Of a stretch of 63,953 nt of DNA, positions 1 through 21,210 are shown in pieces. The position numbers were made by a program, and so were the translations under genes. Under the pieces are notes generated by a model. It was not told the DNA's origin, searched no databases, and saw only the letters and a list, made by a program, of their open reading frames with translations. The DNA is from Macrostomum lignano (Eukaryota), in NCBI GenBank assembly GCA_002269645.1, contig NIVC01004026.1:1-63953 (forward strand), written 5' to 3'. Every line of letters starts with the position of its first letter. The stretch's first letter is position 1.

Positions 1-318
1 AAACCCAGGAAGCCCGGAAGTGCCCACAAACCAGGTAACCCGAAGTGCCCACAAACCCAGGTAACCCGGAAAGTGCCTACAAAACCCAGGTAACCGGAAG
101 TGCCCACAAACCCAGGAAGCCCGGAAGTGCCCACAAACTCAGATAACCCGGAAGTGCCCACAAACCCAGGTAATACGGAAGTGTCCACAAACTCAGATAC
201 CCGGAAGTGCCCACAAACCCAGGAAGCCCGGAAGTGCCCACAAACTCAGATAACCCGGAAGTGCCCACAAACCCAGGTAATACGGAAGTGTCCACAAACT
301 CAGATACCCGGAAGTGCC
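1..318. repeat. 27-bp minisatellite (cccggaagtgcccacaaacccaggtaa) in spectrin intron
   Basis: Tandem units visible; source of spurious ORFs 77-397 and 100-345. Confidence 0.9.
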
Positions 319-346
319 TACAACCAAACCCCGGCATCTCACTAAC

Positions 347-9788
<9,442 letters not shown>

Positions 9789-10372
9789 GGCAGTTTAAAC
9801 CTGCAACATTTGGCCCGGGTTTGCAGAGTGCCTAATGCAGAAAGCTTCAGCTTCTTAGTATGAATCTGCGCAGCACACACACAGCAAATAAGACGGCTTC
9901 TGTCACTAAGGCTGTACAAATTTGGCATTAGCTAATAGATATGTTGAAAACATTGCAAAGCAATAGAATGTGTGTGAAATGGCCCAGATTATTACCAGTG
10001 GCTTGTTTATAGAGAATCTAGACTAGAAAAAAACGAGATAGGCTAATAATTTAACACTGTGAACTTTGACTCATTACTATCTAACATAGCTAGCTAACCA
10101 TGAAATTATGCAAAAACAAAAACAATTAGCAATACAATAACTAAAACTCGTCACAGTTTGTTTCTAAAACTGATTGTATTCTAATATCTAAGTAATAAAA
10201 TAAATTATATCAATTTAGATTTAAATTACATCAAAGTGAATTGAAAACTAGCTATAATTTGTATACCATAAAGATTAACATATCATGAATGTATTACTGA
10301 TACTTTCAAACTTAAGCTTCATTTCAATCTAGGCAAGAATTAATAATAAACTAATATAAAATAGGTCTTTAT

Positions 10373-10605
10373 CATACATGCACAAAACCCAGCCAATCTG
10401 GTTGGCTAGAGAGAGGCCTAGCCAAGGTAAGTTGTAAAAATGCCCCAACAAAAAAATAAAAGTAATACTAATTAGATGATAAGACATTTAGTTTAATTAT
10501 AATATTATAATAATGGCTACTCAGATGGTTTTCAGAGGTAAATCACATTTTGGTCTAAAAGTAAGTTGCATAGCCAGTGCAAATTAGTCCAGTTGCACAT
10601 TCATG
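10373..10605. mobile_element. hAT-type MITE, decayed copy
   Basis: Degenerate TIRs catacatgcacaa / gttgcacattcatg, perfect 8-bp TSD gtctttat on both sides, family core ccaaggtaagttg. Confidence 0.75.
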
Positions 10606-11299
10606 GTCTTTATGGCTTTATGAACTTTAAGGCTTAGGGTTAGTTATAACTTAGTGGTTAGAGTTTGATTCTTGACCCATTTAGAACAATTTGTGGCCTT
10701 GATCAGAACACTTGACTCTGCCATTGCTTTAGTTCACTTAGCTATAAAATGGGTGACAGCATTAGCTGAGATAATTGAGGTGTATATAGTGACCCCCAGT
10801 CCTTAGACTGAACAGCCATATGTAGCTTTCAGATGTGCCACACAATAACTATAGCTGAGCTATTGGTTGCACATTTGCCTATTAGGGCGGATGCAATCAA
10901 TTATTATATTATATTATTATTAAAATTTTAGTCAATAAAATCAATCTTTATTAAGAACCTTTCTACCTAAAAAATCCTTATTACTTGATAGATATTTATT
11001 AACCTTTTAGTTGAAGAATTTTCCAAAATACATGGAATAAATCAACCAAATCTTGAATAGGTCTCTATGTCTCTATTCAAGTTTAGGTTGATAATAAAAG
11101 CAATCTATAAAGAATCTTCCAAGTTCCAACCCTAAAGCCTAGCTATTCTTTATTCCCTAATGGTTGGCTTTAAAACAATATATACTTTAGTTGAAGCTAT
11201 ACAAAAATGAAGCTTAAATTAAAACTAAAACTACTGAAAAGCCTTTTTTAAAATAAAATTATGATCTTATAAAAATTGCAACTAATTTATATATCAACC

Positions 11300-11635
11300 C
11301 ATATATGCCCAACACCCGTCCAACCTGTCTGAACCAGATGGGTGAAATGGCCACTAGCCAAGGTAAGTCACAAATTTGAAAATGCAAAAAATGAAAAATT
11401 GGGGGAAGAAAGAAAGGAGAGAAAGAGAAAAGGAAAAGAAAGGAAGGAAAAAAAGAGAGGGGAAAGATGAAAGAGAAAGAAAAGAAAAGAGAAAAAGGCA
11501 AGAAAAGTCATAAACAAAGTGAAAACTAAGTTGCAATTGGAGGAACTAAGTTGCAATCAAGAAGAACTATGTTGCTAATCTGGACAAACCTTGAAGTTGC
11601 ACCAGATGGGTGAAATTTTGAGGTTGGGCATGTAT
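11300..11635. mobile_element. hAT-type MITE-related copy
   Basis: TIRs catatatgcccaac / gttgggcatgtat, core ccaaggtaagtcac and iterated taagttgca; probable TSD tatcaacc. Confidence 0.65.
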
Positions 11636-12119
11636 CAACCTGAATTTAAAAAAGTCCATTATCTAATAGATAGTATTACAATAGTTTGCTTAGCAGCTAG
11701 ACAGCTATTGGCAAAATGTCTTATAGAGAAATAAGACAAAATTGAGTTGCTTAGGCATATTTTATAGCAATATATATTATATAAACCAAATGAGACATTT
11801 AAACAAAATCATGTATTGCTAACTACAAGGCATAGAAGTGGAAAAATCATGTATTTAGGTGTTGCATTGGATTATAAATAGAACTATAATTTTGTCAAAA
11901 TTCATGGAACTATAAACTTGGTCATCTATTAAAAATTACTAACTGCTAATGTCCAACCTAATATAATAAAATTGAAGCTTGAATATGATTTGCTAATATA
12001 GTACAATAATAACTAAAGTATATTATAATACTAGAAAGTCTACTTAGGCATGATTAAAATATATATAAGCTATCTATATACTAAAAATGGTTTGTATAAG
12101 CTAAAACTAATACATTAAC

Positions 12120-12335
12120 AAAGTCAAATCTTAGATCATAACATTATTGAAAAATTTTGGTTACATCTAAAAAAGCTATCTATATTTATAGACCTTAGAA
12201 TCCAGATAAGTTAAAAAGGTTCCATATTAAAGAATAGGAAAATTCTTGCAATGATACAATCAATTGATTGACAGTTATAGAATTCAACAACAAGCTATTA
12301 TTGTGACTAAAGATTGAGTTACAAAGTATTTAGCT
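12120..12335 (+). pseudogene. Heavily decayed Tc1-like transposase C-terminus
   Basis: Reads NIIEKFWLHLKK (cf. Tc1 consensus DLNPIENLW..LK), KE*EN (W>stop) and LIDSY...QAIIVTKD*VTKY (cf. LIDSMPRRLQAVIKAKGGPTKY); stops and frameshifts. Confidence 0.5.
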
Positions 12336-12550
12336 ATTGTCAAAAATTGCCAATGAACAAGTCAATAATTTGTTTACTAGTAGTTTTCTTGTTTTTGCTC
12401 AATTGTTTCTCAACTATACAATACTTTTGCTAACAATGAAAAAATTTTGACATTATAATGACTATCCTTATTGAATAAAACCAAAGAAAAATTACATAGG
12501 CCTATATTAAAATAAATAAATGCAATTTTTGTGAAAACTTAATTAGGATT

Positions 12551-12780
12551 TATATATGCACAACTACTGGCAACCTAGCTAATCTGGCTACAATAAATTG
12601 TAGTAGACCAAGGGTAAGTTGCAAAAGTACCTATCTGAAAAATATAGATAATTGTACTAATTAGATAATGACTCTTAATAAGGCATTTAGCCTAAAAAGA
12701 CAGTCATAGTTATTCTTGCCATTTTGCCAAAATTGTATTGGTTTTTGCTATATGGTTTTTTCATAGATAAGTTGCACTTT
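12551..12780. mobile_element. hAT-type MITE, strongly decayed partial copy
   Basis: Left TIR tatatatgcacaac (three transitions from catacatgcgcaac); body aligns with the 42475 copy (aaggcatttagcc...aagacagtcatagtt); right TIR not found. Confidence 0.55.
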
Positions 12781-13017
12781 TAATAAAAAAATAAGTAAAA
12801 GAAAAGAAAAAATGCAATTAGCCTATACCAAAGATAAGTAAAAAACTATAGTGATTTGGGCTATTGTTTTTTATCTATTATTAGTCTTAGCAGATAAAAC
12901 TACTTTTTTATCAAGAAATAGGAAGCAGTTCCTAGTTCTATAGTCTTAGGCTAATGGGATTGACTTAAATAAGTTTTAAAATATTTTTTAAAGGTTGTAT
13001 AAATGGTATCTTATATA

Positions 13018-14001
13018 CGAGGGGTGTCCAAAAAGTAGTGATACTTTTAACTGTAGCTCTTGTTCTATAGCTTCCTGTGATTTAAAATTTTATGAACTGA
13101 TAGCGGCAAATCTCTTCTACAGACTGCTTTTTGAATTTTTAAAATTGATACCAGAGAACAAAAGTTATACCCACAAAAGTAAAAGTACCTGTACCATAGA
13201 GTTACACAAACTATATCAAAATTTATGATAGTCGACTTCTGCACTTATTCATTAAGAAGGCATCAATAAATGTCTTGTTTAAGCAATACCAAAGCCCAAT
13301 TGCAAAATGATGCTCACTGTGACTGACTGAAATTTGTCTATGGACAGAATCATGTGCAGAAAAAAAAGCATTAAATTCATTACTTTACTTGCAAACAGAG
13401 GAGCTTGCATTTTGCAACTGATTTCATTGCCCATACTCGACAACACACATGGATGTGCACTCAGTTGTTGCTCAGCAAAGTACTATCTTCACTCTTTGGG
13501 GTGCTGGCCATAGTGCCTCAGAAATTCACGCAAAACTTTGCTCTGCGCATGGATCCTCTGTGGTCAGCAAAATGACAGTTTATCGATGGATGGAACAGTT
13601 CAGCAAGGGAAGGACTGACCTGGCAGATCAGCATTGGACGGGGTGGCCATACGTTCATTGACCTGATGTACTGGCAGACTCCATTCTGAATCTTCTTGAC
13701 GAGGACTCCCGAATGACCATTAGAGAGATCGCTGACAGGTTGGACAAGCCGAAATCAACAATTCATCAAAGCTTACTCGGCATGGATCTCGTGAAGCTCA
13801 GCCTATAATTTGTGTAACTCTATGATACAGGTACTGTTACTTTCATGGGTATAACTTTTGTTCTCTGGTATCAATTTTTAAAATTCAAAAAGCAGTCTGT
13901 AGAAGAGATTTGCCGCTATCAATTCATAAAATTTTAAATCACAGGAAGCTATAGAACAAGAGCTACGGTTAAAAGTATCACCACTTTTTGGACACCCCTT
14001 G
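13018..14001 (+). mobile_element. Non-autonomous, internally deleted mariner with about 198-bp TIRs
   Basis: TA on both sides; TIRs 13018-13215 and 13804-14001 (cgaggggtgtccaaaaagt...). Interior encodes only the N-terminal HTH region (SASEIHAKL...TVYRWMEQFSKGR, then frameshifted DEDSRMTIREIADRL); no DDD domain. Confidence 0.9.
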
Positions 14002-16389
14002 TATTTGAAATAAGTCCTACATTATACTTTCTATAATAATAAAATATATATATATTTGTATATTTTATAATATAATATAAAGCATAATATCAAATTTATA
14101 TAACAAAATCTAAACTATATACTAAATTCTCTATAGCTATATCTATATATATAAACATATAATATATATATATATATATTATTTGTCAAGGGTTAGTAAA
14201 ATGGATGTACAACTCTTTACTATATCTAGATACCTAGACCCCCTGCAACTAAGTCAAGTAAGTTATGCCTATATTATTATTATATTTTTAATATAGATCT
14301 TTAATGCATCTTTAATTCTTTAGTTTTTTATATTTAACCTAAATTAAAAGTCTAATATAGACTATATATTTGATACATAGGCACAAAAGGGTGTAAGACC
14401 AAGACCACCATATACTAAGACTGCTATACTTTAGGAGCTAAGGGAGGAATTTAGTTCAATATGTTATTAGATAGTGCTAAAAAAAGATAAATAGGTAGGA
14501 AAGCCAATAGGGTGAGGCTGCGAGAGGTTTTCAACCAACTTTGGTAAAAGTCAATAATGACGAAAAATACTTTTGCAAGAACCATTTTGTCTAAAGCTAA
14601 CCATTTTAGCAAAAAATTTATTTGAAGCTTTGCTGAAAAGTTTTTTGTTTTAGAGGAAAGTTAAAAAGAAAAACAACAAACTTTATAAAGACTAATTTTA
14701 TTGTGACATGTTTTTGTTTTGTTGCAGTTTAATTTAGTTGTTTTATTAGATGCCCTTCCATTATGGCAAATTTTCAAAGTACAATTTTGAACTTTAACTT
14801 TCCTAGGGGGTAGGCCCTAGGAAAACACGCGCACACATTTTTGGAGTAGCGCGCAAGTGCGCAAGCCAGCTGTAAAAATAAGTCATAATGCAGATCTTTG
14901 CCCATGCGCTAAAAATGTAATTTTTAGTTTTTTAATTCTATGCCAACATAAATTAAAAAGTTGTAGTTTAAGTGTAAAGTAGCTTGAACACTATTTTTTA
15001 GAGAAAATTTCACTAACTTTAAAGTAACTGTTTTTGCTAAAAACTATTATAATTTGTTTTACTTTTGTTTTAAATTTCTGGCATAAAAACAACCTTTTAG
15101 ACTATGAAAAGTAGGAGAACTTGAGTGCACATACACCATATGGCACTTAACCATGTTGAATGCATGTAAAAGTCAAATCCTATCTGTGATTCTGCGGCAA
15201 ACAGCTTCTTGCGCAAGTGCATATAATGTAGTACGCACACACCTTCTTTAAGAGCGCGCACAAATGCATAACAACTTTTGTGCAAGAATTCCATCCTGGG
15301 GCCTAGGCTTTTAAAATTCCTCATCAAATTAAATCAAAATAGTAAGGAGTTACAGTTAGACATTGCAGATTTTAACAGAGTACTTATGCACACCTTCCAA
15401 ATTGGAACTATTTGAGTTGCAGTTTAGTACAGTACAACTGTAGTGTAGAAATGTGAAAATTATTGTCAAAAAAGTAAGAAAATAAAGAAAATACAGCCCT
15501 ACTGTTAATTTAATGAGCTAATCTACCCTATTTAAAACCATAAATAGCAAATACACAACAAAAAAACACTAAACAATAAATTTTATCGAATTATACAGAT
15601 CCTAAAAATGGAAGTATAACTGTCAAACTGTTAAAATTAAGAAAAATAGGCCTACTTGATGTTGATACTTATACTTGCTTTAGTAAAGGCCTACTTTAGT
15701 AATAATAAGTTGTCTTGCAAAAGCGATAAGCAATTAAAATACTTACATTAATTTCAATATCTTTTGCAAATGTTGTCATAAGGTTAAATTTGATAATTTG
15801 AATATTTCTAATTGCTTTAATTTAGCTCAGGCAAGGATGACTAATAGAAATTTTCTAAGAAACAAAATGAGAAGGAAATTGTACAATTTGAATAGTAGTC
15901 CGTTACTTTTGTCAGTAAACTTTGCGTTTTAATGTCGTTAGTTACGAAAAAATTCTGTATTATCTATTGAAAGGCCATGTGTCGCAATGACAACAACAGG
16001 AACTACTGGGAAAAGAGACTCGTATAAAATAGTCCTTAAGCCTGAAACTTTATCTTATCCAACCGAGAATAGAGCTATTAAGTCTCTTTCGGGTGGTCTG
16101 ACTCTGCGAATAAACAGCGAGTGAACTGTAAGTATAAGCTTGTGATTTAGTGGCTAAGGATTTTTTAAGGAAACTCTTAAATATCACTCAACTGTAAATG
16201 TATAATTACGTACAGTAAACCAAATAAAGCCCATTTCTAGCCCTATCAGTCATAATACATCATCAATGAATTAATTTAATTATCCTAAGTGACCAACAAG
16301 TGACGACCAACTTAATTCCTAGTGCAGTGACTAATTAGCGAAACATAATTTTGGCCCTCAAAAAGTAATTATGGTAATTACTCTTGTCA

Positions 16390-16850
16390 CCAGGGTTACC
16401 GGCGAGCTTCCGATGGTTCCGCGCATTCTAACTTCTGAACCACTCGCCCCAACGGACATTCGGACACGCGGCTGCTGGAAATGCTGACAGAGTTACCAAG
16501 TCCACACGCGAAGACGCACGAACCACGGAGCTAGTACCCAAGGACCTGGAAATGGCTGAATTCGTCTGGGTTCGGGTCGATCGCGTGCGGTCGCCGCTCG
16601 AGGCGCCGTACTCAGGGCCGTATCGCGTGAAACAGCGAACTGACAAAGTTCTTCGTTATTTTCCTACCGTCCAGGCAACACCGAATCTGTCTCTATCGAT
16701 CGCCTCAAGCCGGCGCGACTTTCGCTTCCGAAGTCGGCTGTTCAGCCGGCCGCGAACTCGCTGCCGGAAAAAGCCGCCAAACCAGAGGAACCGATGGACT
16801 CATCACCTCCTAGAGCGACCTCTAGCGGCCGCCGAGTCCAATTCCGACAC
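16390..16850 (+). mobile_element. Gypsy/Ty3 (CsRn1-like) integrase C-terminal fragment
   Basis: VPKDLEMAEFVWVRVDRVRSPLEAPYSGPYRVKQRTDK, then frameshifted SVSIDRLKPA and TSSGRRVQFR; polypurine tract ggagggggga at about 17055. Confidence 0.8.
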
Positions 16851-17544
16851 CATAATGATTACATTTATTATTAACCTTGTAATGTATAACGTCTACTGAC
16901 TGCTGTTCCAATGTTCTCAATATTTCTCAATGTTCAACCCTTCATATAAAATTTAGCTCGTATTTCAACTGTATAACCGCTTCGTTTCAATAATATAAGC
17001 CATTCCACCATTTTATAATTCAGTTACAGTCTCTTTTCCCCGTGCTCCGCAATTGGAGGGGGGAGTCGTATGGGTATTTTGTTGTACTTTTTATTTGCAA
17101 CTCAGTTGTCATAAATTACCATACACTAATTTCCTTTTCAGTTCTTTCTCGCAGTTAAGTTTCTCGCCCCAAGCCTTCTCGTCGTTAACTCATAAAATAT
17201 ATGCAATTCAATTCAAATCAAAGTTAAGTTGTAGTTTCACTACATAATAATATGCATGGCATTTGCATTTTCATTACGCGGAATTTTTAATAGAAAACTC
17301 TCAACTATCCCTCAACTGTAAATTATAATCCAGTAAAGTACATCGGATAAAGCTCATTCTAGCCCTATCAGTCAATATACATCATCAATTGTGAATAAGT
17401 TAAATTATCCTATAAGTGACCAGAGACCAAGTGACCAACTTCCTAATTGTGACTAAGAAGCCAATAATATTGTACTTTTGGCCCTCAAAAAGTAATAATA
17501 TGCGCGGCATTTTCATTATGTAAAGCCTATATGACGCGACCACT

Positions 17545-17859
17545 ATGCTTACCCGCATAGCAAAATTACGTATCCAATTGAAAGTGGGACGTCTCCGATA
17601 CGTAACTTTTTTGGTTGCAGGAACGTCCTTGATACGCATCCAATTTTTATGATCCTAGCTAAGCTCGTTTCTACAAAAATGGTGGAATAAATAATCAATA
17701 AAATTACAAGCATTATCTGTTCACCATTTTTGTAGAAACGATGTAGAGGATCATAAAAATTGGATGCGTATCAAGGACGTTCCTGCAACCAAAAAAGTTA
17801 CGTATCGGAGACGTCCCACTTTCAATTGGATACGTAATTTTGCTATGCGGGTTAAGCAT
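17545..17859. mobile_element. Foldback/MITE-like palindromic element
   Basis: Near-perfect inverted arms 17545-17656 / 17747-17859 plus inner arms 17666-17687 / 17720-17740; about 30-nt loop; no TSD seen. Confidence 0.85.
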
Positions 17860-18219
17860 TCATTTTTCAGTTACATTTTAAATTACAAATGTTTCTAGCA
17901 GTAGATTTCATTTCGATTATAATCTGAGGACGCACACACGTACTTAAGTAGTTCGTCCTTGAGTACATGTAATTCATTCAAAATTACAAGTACATGTACA
18001 TGTACATGCAGGCTGGTAGATCGGCTCTAATTAAAGGATCTGAATGTACCTACAGTGGTCTTTACATATGCACGTTATGACAAAAATCTTTCAATCCGGC
18101 CGATTTTAACGGATCAATAATCTCTGTAGAATATATGTAAATTTACCAATGTCCCATAGTACCATAATTTTAATAATGTAGAAAAAACACTGATTCAAGC
18201 TTAATAAAAGTTCAAATTG

Positions 18220-20857
18220 TTAACGACCGCCCCTGATTCCCAGAAAGATCATGAGCACGAGCACAACGTCGATGTACAGTTGCAGAGCGCCGAACACGTA
18301 CTCCTCTTCGGACAGTCCGTAGTTCGAATTGCCAATCACGTGATGCGTATCGGCAACCAGACATACAACCAGAAGCAGCGCGATCAAACCGCCATAGACG
18401 CAGTCAAGTATCCTGGTTGTCACCGGATCCAAGCTGCTCCTGTACACCAGAATAGTTATGAGACACGAGACGCCAAACATAGCGAACACAAGGCCTGTGG
18501 AGTAGATTAGGCTGGCGAGCAGAGAGAACTCGACTCGGCTCTGCAGGACGAACAGCGTGACACCGACGCAAACGGCTCCGGTGATGCCAACGGACACCAG
18601 GACAGCGTTGCTAGAGGTAAATGCTGCCTGGTTTTTGTGGGTATTGAAATGCGCTGTGTGAAATTAAAATTCAGATTCAATCTGCATTAAATGAGATGCG
18701 GCACATGCAACTTTGTCAGGCAGGGTAACTCGATCTACATGTAAGTGTCAAAAGGCCTACAGGCCACTACTTGCACTTGCACATGTACGTCATTCATTGA
18801 TAAATCAGAATCTTTTGAGAAAGCCAAACATTTTCATAGAAATGTACTACGATGATTTCGTCAAGGAAGGAATTCTGTGCAATTGAGAGAAGTGACTTAG
18901 GGTTACGACTCTGTACGTCTATACTTTGACAGGCCGTTTTCAGATCTTAAATGACACTCGACCTTCAGCCAGGGAGAAGGCAAGCAGTCCTGTTAACAAC
19001 GCTGACTCCTGACCATACAATCACACGGATGCATACGCAGACAGACGTTCACGCAAGATGTATCGTACGAGTACAGCTTGCTTCCTGTCTGCACACCCGG
19101 GGCACTCTGTGCCTTAGGGGGGGGGTGGCTTCAAGGGACGACTTCAGTAGAATTCTGGTCAACTTCTTAGGCACATAGAGTGAACATGCCCGACGATGAG
19201 AGCCAGGGCCGCTCTACACCCTGTAAGAGTGTTCGTGTGCAAGCGACTAACTAACTACGAGTACAATTGGGAAAGAGGCTACTTCACAGGAATCTATATT
19301 CGATTTTGAGCTTTTCTTCTCGCCTGTCTGACTGAATTACTTTATTTCTGCCCGTGTCACACCTCGATGGCCGTTTCATTCTTATCAGTAGAAACTTTCC
19401 CCGCTGCTCAGATAAGATACGAACACTTTAAACTGACGAAAGTCACAGAGCTACAGGCGAAACGGTAAAAGTACCAGTTAGGATATGACTGCACGATGGC
19501 ATTTCGTGTGCTTTTTGATGCTTTACGTACGGGAATTAAAAGTGCAGGAGTAAAAACATTTCACCAACCGTTGGGGGGGGGGGGGCACAGGCGTTTTCTG
19601 CTTACGAGATTAATCTCTCTCGTGAATCATAATATAATAAATACATGTATTTGCAAGAATGCTGTGAGCACCCTAGCTGAACAGGAGCGCCAACCAAGAG
19701 ACAGGAGCGCCAACCAAGAGACAGGGGCGCCAACCAAGAGACAGGGTCACCAACCAAGAGATAGGGGCGCCAACCAAGAGACAGAGGAGACAACCAAGAG
19801 ACGGGCGCCAACCAAGAGACAGGAGCGCCAACCAAGAGACAGAAGCACCAACCAAGAGACAGGAGCGCCAACCAAGAGACAGGGGCGCCAACCAAGAGAC
19901 AGGGTCACCAACCAAGAGACAGGGGCGCCAACCAAGAGATAGGGGCGCCAACCAAGAGACAGAGGAGACAACCAAGAGACGGGCGCCAACCAAGAGACAG
20001 GAGCGCCAACCAAGAGACAGGGGCGCCAACCAAGAGACAGGGGCGCCAACCAAGAGACAGGGTCACCAACCAAGAGACAGGGGCGCCAACCAAGAGACAG
20101 GGGCGCCAACCAAGAGACAGAAGCACCAACCAAGAGACAGGAGCGCCAACCAAGAGACAGGAGCGCCAACCAAGAGACAGGGGCGCCAACCACGAGACAG
20201 GGGCGCCAACCAAGAGACAGGAGCGCCAACCAAGAGACAGGAGCGCCAACCAAGAGACAGGGACCGCGCACAGAATCAAACCACTGATTGAGGCACAAGA
20301 ATCTACCTCTGGCCTGCTCTGCCCCCCCCCTCCCCGGCATCATCAGAACGCTACATATATCTTCATACAGACAAAACACTCACCAAAGTCGACGCCATGG
20401 CAGTCATGGCCAGCGTGAAAATAAACAGAGCTATCATATTGCCAGGAGTCTCCCGGCGCAGCCTGGTGGAGCACATCAGGCCGATGTACACCGCAGTGAA
20501 CACGGCCAAAGAGGCGTAGAAAATCCACAAATTGCTGCGAATCGCCTCGGCTACGGGCGCCCACAGAGCTGTCAGCAACACGCAGCCGAAGGTGAACGCC
20601 AGCTGGGCAGTAAGAATCAGGTAGACTTTGCGAATGAAGCCGCGCCTAACAGAGGCTTCGTCCAGATTGCGAACTGTGAATCCGACGTGCACGACTGTCT
20701 CCTCCTCAGTGGTCAGGTTCGGAGTGTCGTGAGCATAGCTTGGGTTCACAACGCCAGTTCCTCCGGGCGTTTCGCTGTATGGAGGCGGCGGCGGTGGCGG
20801 CGGCGGTGGCGGCGGCTGCAAATCCTTGGCTTTCGGATCGTACACGCTGGTGTCCAT
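18220..20857 (-). CDS. TMBIM / lifeguard (Bax inhibitor-1 family) membrane protein, 293 aa
   Basis: Two exons, 20857-20384 and 18627-18220, phase 0, GTGAGT donor and CAG acceptor. Motifs VRRGFIRKVYLILTAQL, ADT, LSEEEYVFGALQLYIDVV (di-aspartyl pair); multiple hydrophobic segments; Pro-rich N-terminus. Confidence 0.93.
19678..20263. repeat. 20-bp minisatellite (ggggcgccaaccaagagaca) in TMBIM intron
   Basis: Tandem units; source of several spurious ORFs. Confidence 0.95.
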
Positions 20858-21210
20858 GCTAGGTAGAGTACGAATTCGGTACACCTGAATTGGATGGGAG
20901 CGTATTCCTGTATTTATAATCAACTGGCTGGGAGCTCCGATTAAGGATAAACAAAACAAGCTAAGGTTATTCTTCAGCTAAAATAACTCACCTAGTCCTA
21001 TACAGGTATACTTTTTGATTACAATTGTTTTTCAATTAGAAAGAGGAGTCGCTTTCTGCTGCATGGAACAGGCCAAATTGAGCGAAGATATACATGTAGA
21101 AACACCCACCAGTCATGCAAGATAAGATAGAGGCCTGCGCATGTATGTACATATGCTTATACGAGCTACATTAATTTGATAATGCACAATTTAAACTAAA
21201 GTTCAAAACA

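Noticed and set aside
12004-12024. Possible decayed QDNDPKHT motif of the Tc1 relic
   Set aside because: Needs indels, and spacing to the downstream Glu (about 47 codons) does not fit DD34E.
14811-15305. Possible 12-bp TIR pair taggccctagga / tcctggggccta
   Set aside because: No target-site duplication and no second copy in the window.
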